64,000 bases of DNA from a virus. Below are positions 62,260-64,000 of this stretch, in pieces. Each line of letters begins with the position of its first letter. Within the stretch, counting starts at the first letter, position 1. Location of the stretch: IMG/VR virus record IMGVR_UViG_3300032214_001563, positions 5,958-69,957 of that record. One strand, given 5' to 3'. The notes below the pieces were generated by a model, which saw only the letters and a list, made by a program, of their open reading frames with translations, ran no database searches and was not told the origin of the DNA. A program made the position numbers and the translations under genes.

Positions 62260-64000
62260 TTATCTCAATTCTCTCAAGTCGAATGTTCTAACACCATCAA
62301 CTGTGATACGACCGTAGAAACGGTTGTTTACAACCTTCTTAGCGTATCTAGTCATGATACCCTTGATAGGTGTAAAGTTGAATGGGTTGTACATTGTTGG
62401 AGTAAGTTGCAATGGTACGTATGGTGCGTAGATGTAACCAGTGTCAAGCAACGATGTACCTTTGTGTCCCAACAATACTTGGTTTGCAGGGAAGTAAGGG
62501 TCACGGTAAACTTGGTATCTACCAGCCAATGTTCCAACTCTTTCAATACCCATGTTGTATTGGTCTTGCTCAGGAGCTGCGTTAGACACGTGGAAGTACT
62601 CCAAGTCGTCGAAGATAGCAGATACCTCAGAAGATACAACAATCCAGTTAGCTCCACCTCTCAAAGTTGATTTGTGGATTTGAGCTGAGATTTGGTTGAT
62701 TGCAGTGATAAGAGTTTGGTTCCAGTCTTTTTGAGTGTAAGGAGTTGTACCAGCGTTAAATCTCTTCCATCCGTTGTAATCCCAACGAAGGTTCCAAGAT
62801 GCTGCTTTTCTCAAGTCTCTCAAGATTTCACGGTCAATTTCAGCAGCCACTTGCTCAGACAATAAAGCTGTCAATTCAGCTTCAGCGTCGATGTTGTGGA
62901 ATGCTGCAACGTCTTGTGCCATTTCTGGTGACCATTGTGCTCTAAGTTTTCTTTCAGTAACTGAAACAGTCACAGACTGAAGGTCAAAAGAAACTTCACC
63001 AATTTTATCTTCAAATTCAAGATTCTTGTAAATTCTATATGTTGCCAAGAATGCGTTGTTGGTTGCTGTTGAAGAGGAGAATGTTGAACCAGTGTAGCCA
63101 TCAAGTGATGAATCACCGCAAGAGATACAAACTGGAACTTGTAAATCAACTTCCAAATAAATTTTACCATCTTGGTCACATACATCATAATATGTACCAC
63201 CACCAGTTCTACTTTGTGGGAAAGCAAGACTTGTATCAGTACCATATTGCACAATACCTTTACCATATTTTTGAGTTACAACTCTGAAAAGATAGTTATT
63301 TTGAGTATTTGCTGAAGTATACCAGTTTGAATCAACTCCACGGATTTGAAGGTCAGTCAAGAATTCTTCAGTGTCCATAGGGTTACCGTTAGGACCGATA
63401 AGTTGACCAGCACCAGCAGATTGGAAACCGGTTAGTTCAAGTAAAACCTTTCTGTAGTTACCCAAAGTGTATGCGGTTGAAACTAGAGAATCTCCAGTCC
63501 ATGCAACAGTTTTTACACCTCCAGCAATCGCAGAACCAGTTGGACCAATCGTCACACCTGGGGTGATTGCAGAGAATGAACCTTTAGAGTAATCGTAAAG
63601 ACCTGGAGGGTCTAAAGCAGGTTCGTTACCTTCGTAGAATCTATCGTAAAGGTCTTTAGTGTTATTATAGTCATATCCAGAGTTTGGAGTTTGGTCAGCA
63701 TTTGCATTTGGTGCTCCGTAAGGTGCGTAGTGCTCGTTAAATGCTGGGTCTTGGTAAGACTGAATGTTTGGTACAAAGTAGAACAACTTACCAATTGGAA
63801 GGTTCATAGCTTGTACAGAAACGATGTCGTTAGCCAAAAGCTTAGAGAATACTCTCCGTACGATTGGAAACACAACAGTTTCAAATGCACCGGTATCAGC
63901 AGTTGATGATGCTTCGTTAATCAAATATGACGCTTGGTTTTCATACAACTGTGCGATATTCTCTTTAAGGTGTCCGTTAAGCCCATCAAGGAAACCTAAC
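62260..64000 (-). CDS. Major capsid protein (T4 gp23-like), 5' end outside the window
   Basis: PIVRRVF..LANDIVSVQAM, RKLRAQWSPEMAQD..A.H.IDAEAEL, EIDREI, YAPYVPL, GIMTRY. The frame stays open to the window edge (...LGFLDGLNGHLKENIAQLYENQ). Confidence 0.95.
   Translation of the reverse strand, partial: LGFLDGLNGHLKENIAQLYENQASYLINEASSTADTGAFETVVFPIVRRVFSKLLANDIVSVQAMNLPIGKLFYFVPNIQSYQDPAFNEHYAPYGAPNANADQTPNSGYDYNNTKDLYDRFYEGNEPALDPPGLYDYSKGSFSAITPGVTIGPTGSAIAGGVKTVAWTGDSLVSTAYTLGNYRKVLLELTGFQSAGAGQLIGPNGNPMDTEEFLTDLQIRGVDSNWYTSANTQNNYLFRVVTQKYGKGIVQYGTDTSLAFPQSRTGGGTYYDVCDQDGKIYLEVDLQVPVCISCGDSSLDGYTGSTFSSSTATNNAFLATYRIYKNLEFEDKIGEVSFDLQSVTVSVTERKLRAQWSPEMAQDVAAFHNIDAEAELTALLSEQVAAEIDREILRDLRKAASWNLRWDYNGWKRFNAGTTPYTQKDWNQTLITAINQISAQIHKSTLRGGANWIVVSSEVSAIFDDLEYFHVSNAAPEQDQYNMGIERVGTLAGRYQVYRDPYFPANQVLLGHKGTSLLDTGYIYAPYVPLQLTPTMYNPFNFTPIKGIMTRYAKKVVNNRFYGRITVDGVRTFDLRELR

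Noticed and set aside
1-64000. Stop-codon reassignment as seen in some jumbo phages
   Set aside because: Genes are full length and tightly packed in code 11; TAA, TAG and TGA all end genes.

Overview
A 64-kb segment of a large, AT-rich, T4-like (contractile-tailed) jumbo phage genome in the standard genetic code; I found no tRNA, CRISPR array or mobile element. It contains tail, neck and baseplate genes (tape measure, chaperone, tube, sheath, gp13/14/15-like, gp5-like spike) and the 3' part of a gp23-like major capsid gene. It also has family-B DNA polymerase, SNF2 helicase, SET-domain protein, a SOD fusion, dUTPase, PhoH and a gp55-like late sigma factor. About 25 kb, in two clusters (20.5-25.8 kb and 33.4-53.3 kb), encodes about 15 glycosyltransferase-like genes plus nucleotide-sugar (heptose/GDP-sugar) enzymes. 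The best candidate for a new system is phage-encoded O-glycosylation of the virion: a GT60 (polypeptide HexNAc transferase-like) operon lies beside mucin-like Thr/Pro-repeat virion proteins, and structural proteins are strongly enriched in a [S/T]-G-x-T tetrapeptide that may be a sequon. Other signals are a probable +1 frameshift (UUU_UUU_CGU_C) in the tail chaperone, a recurrent TATTTAT late-promoter motif with near-leaderless genes, protease/head-targeting (I/L)xE motifs on putative head cargo proteins, and a structured leader before polB. Bacteroidota-type TAnnTTTG boxes and the lack of Shine-Dalgarno sites suggest a Bacteroidota host. All family calls come from motif recognition by eye; no searches were run.
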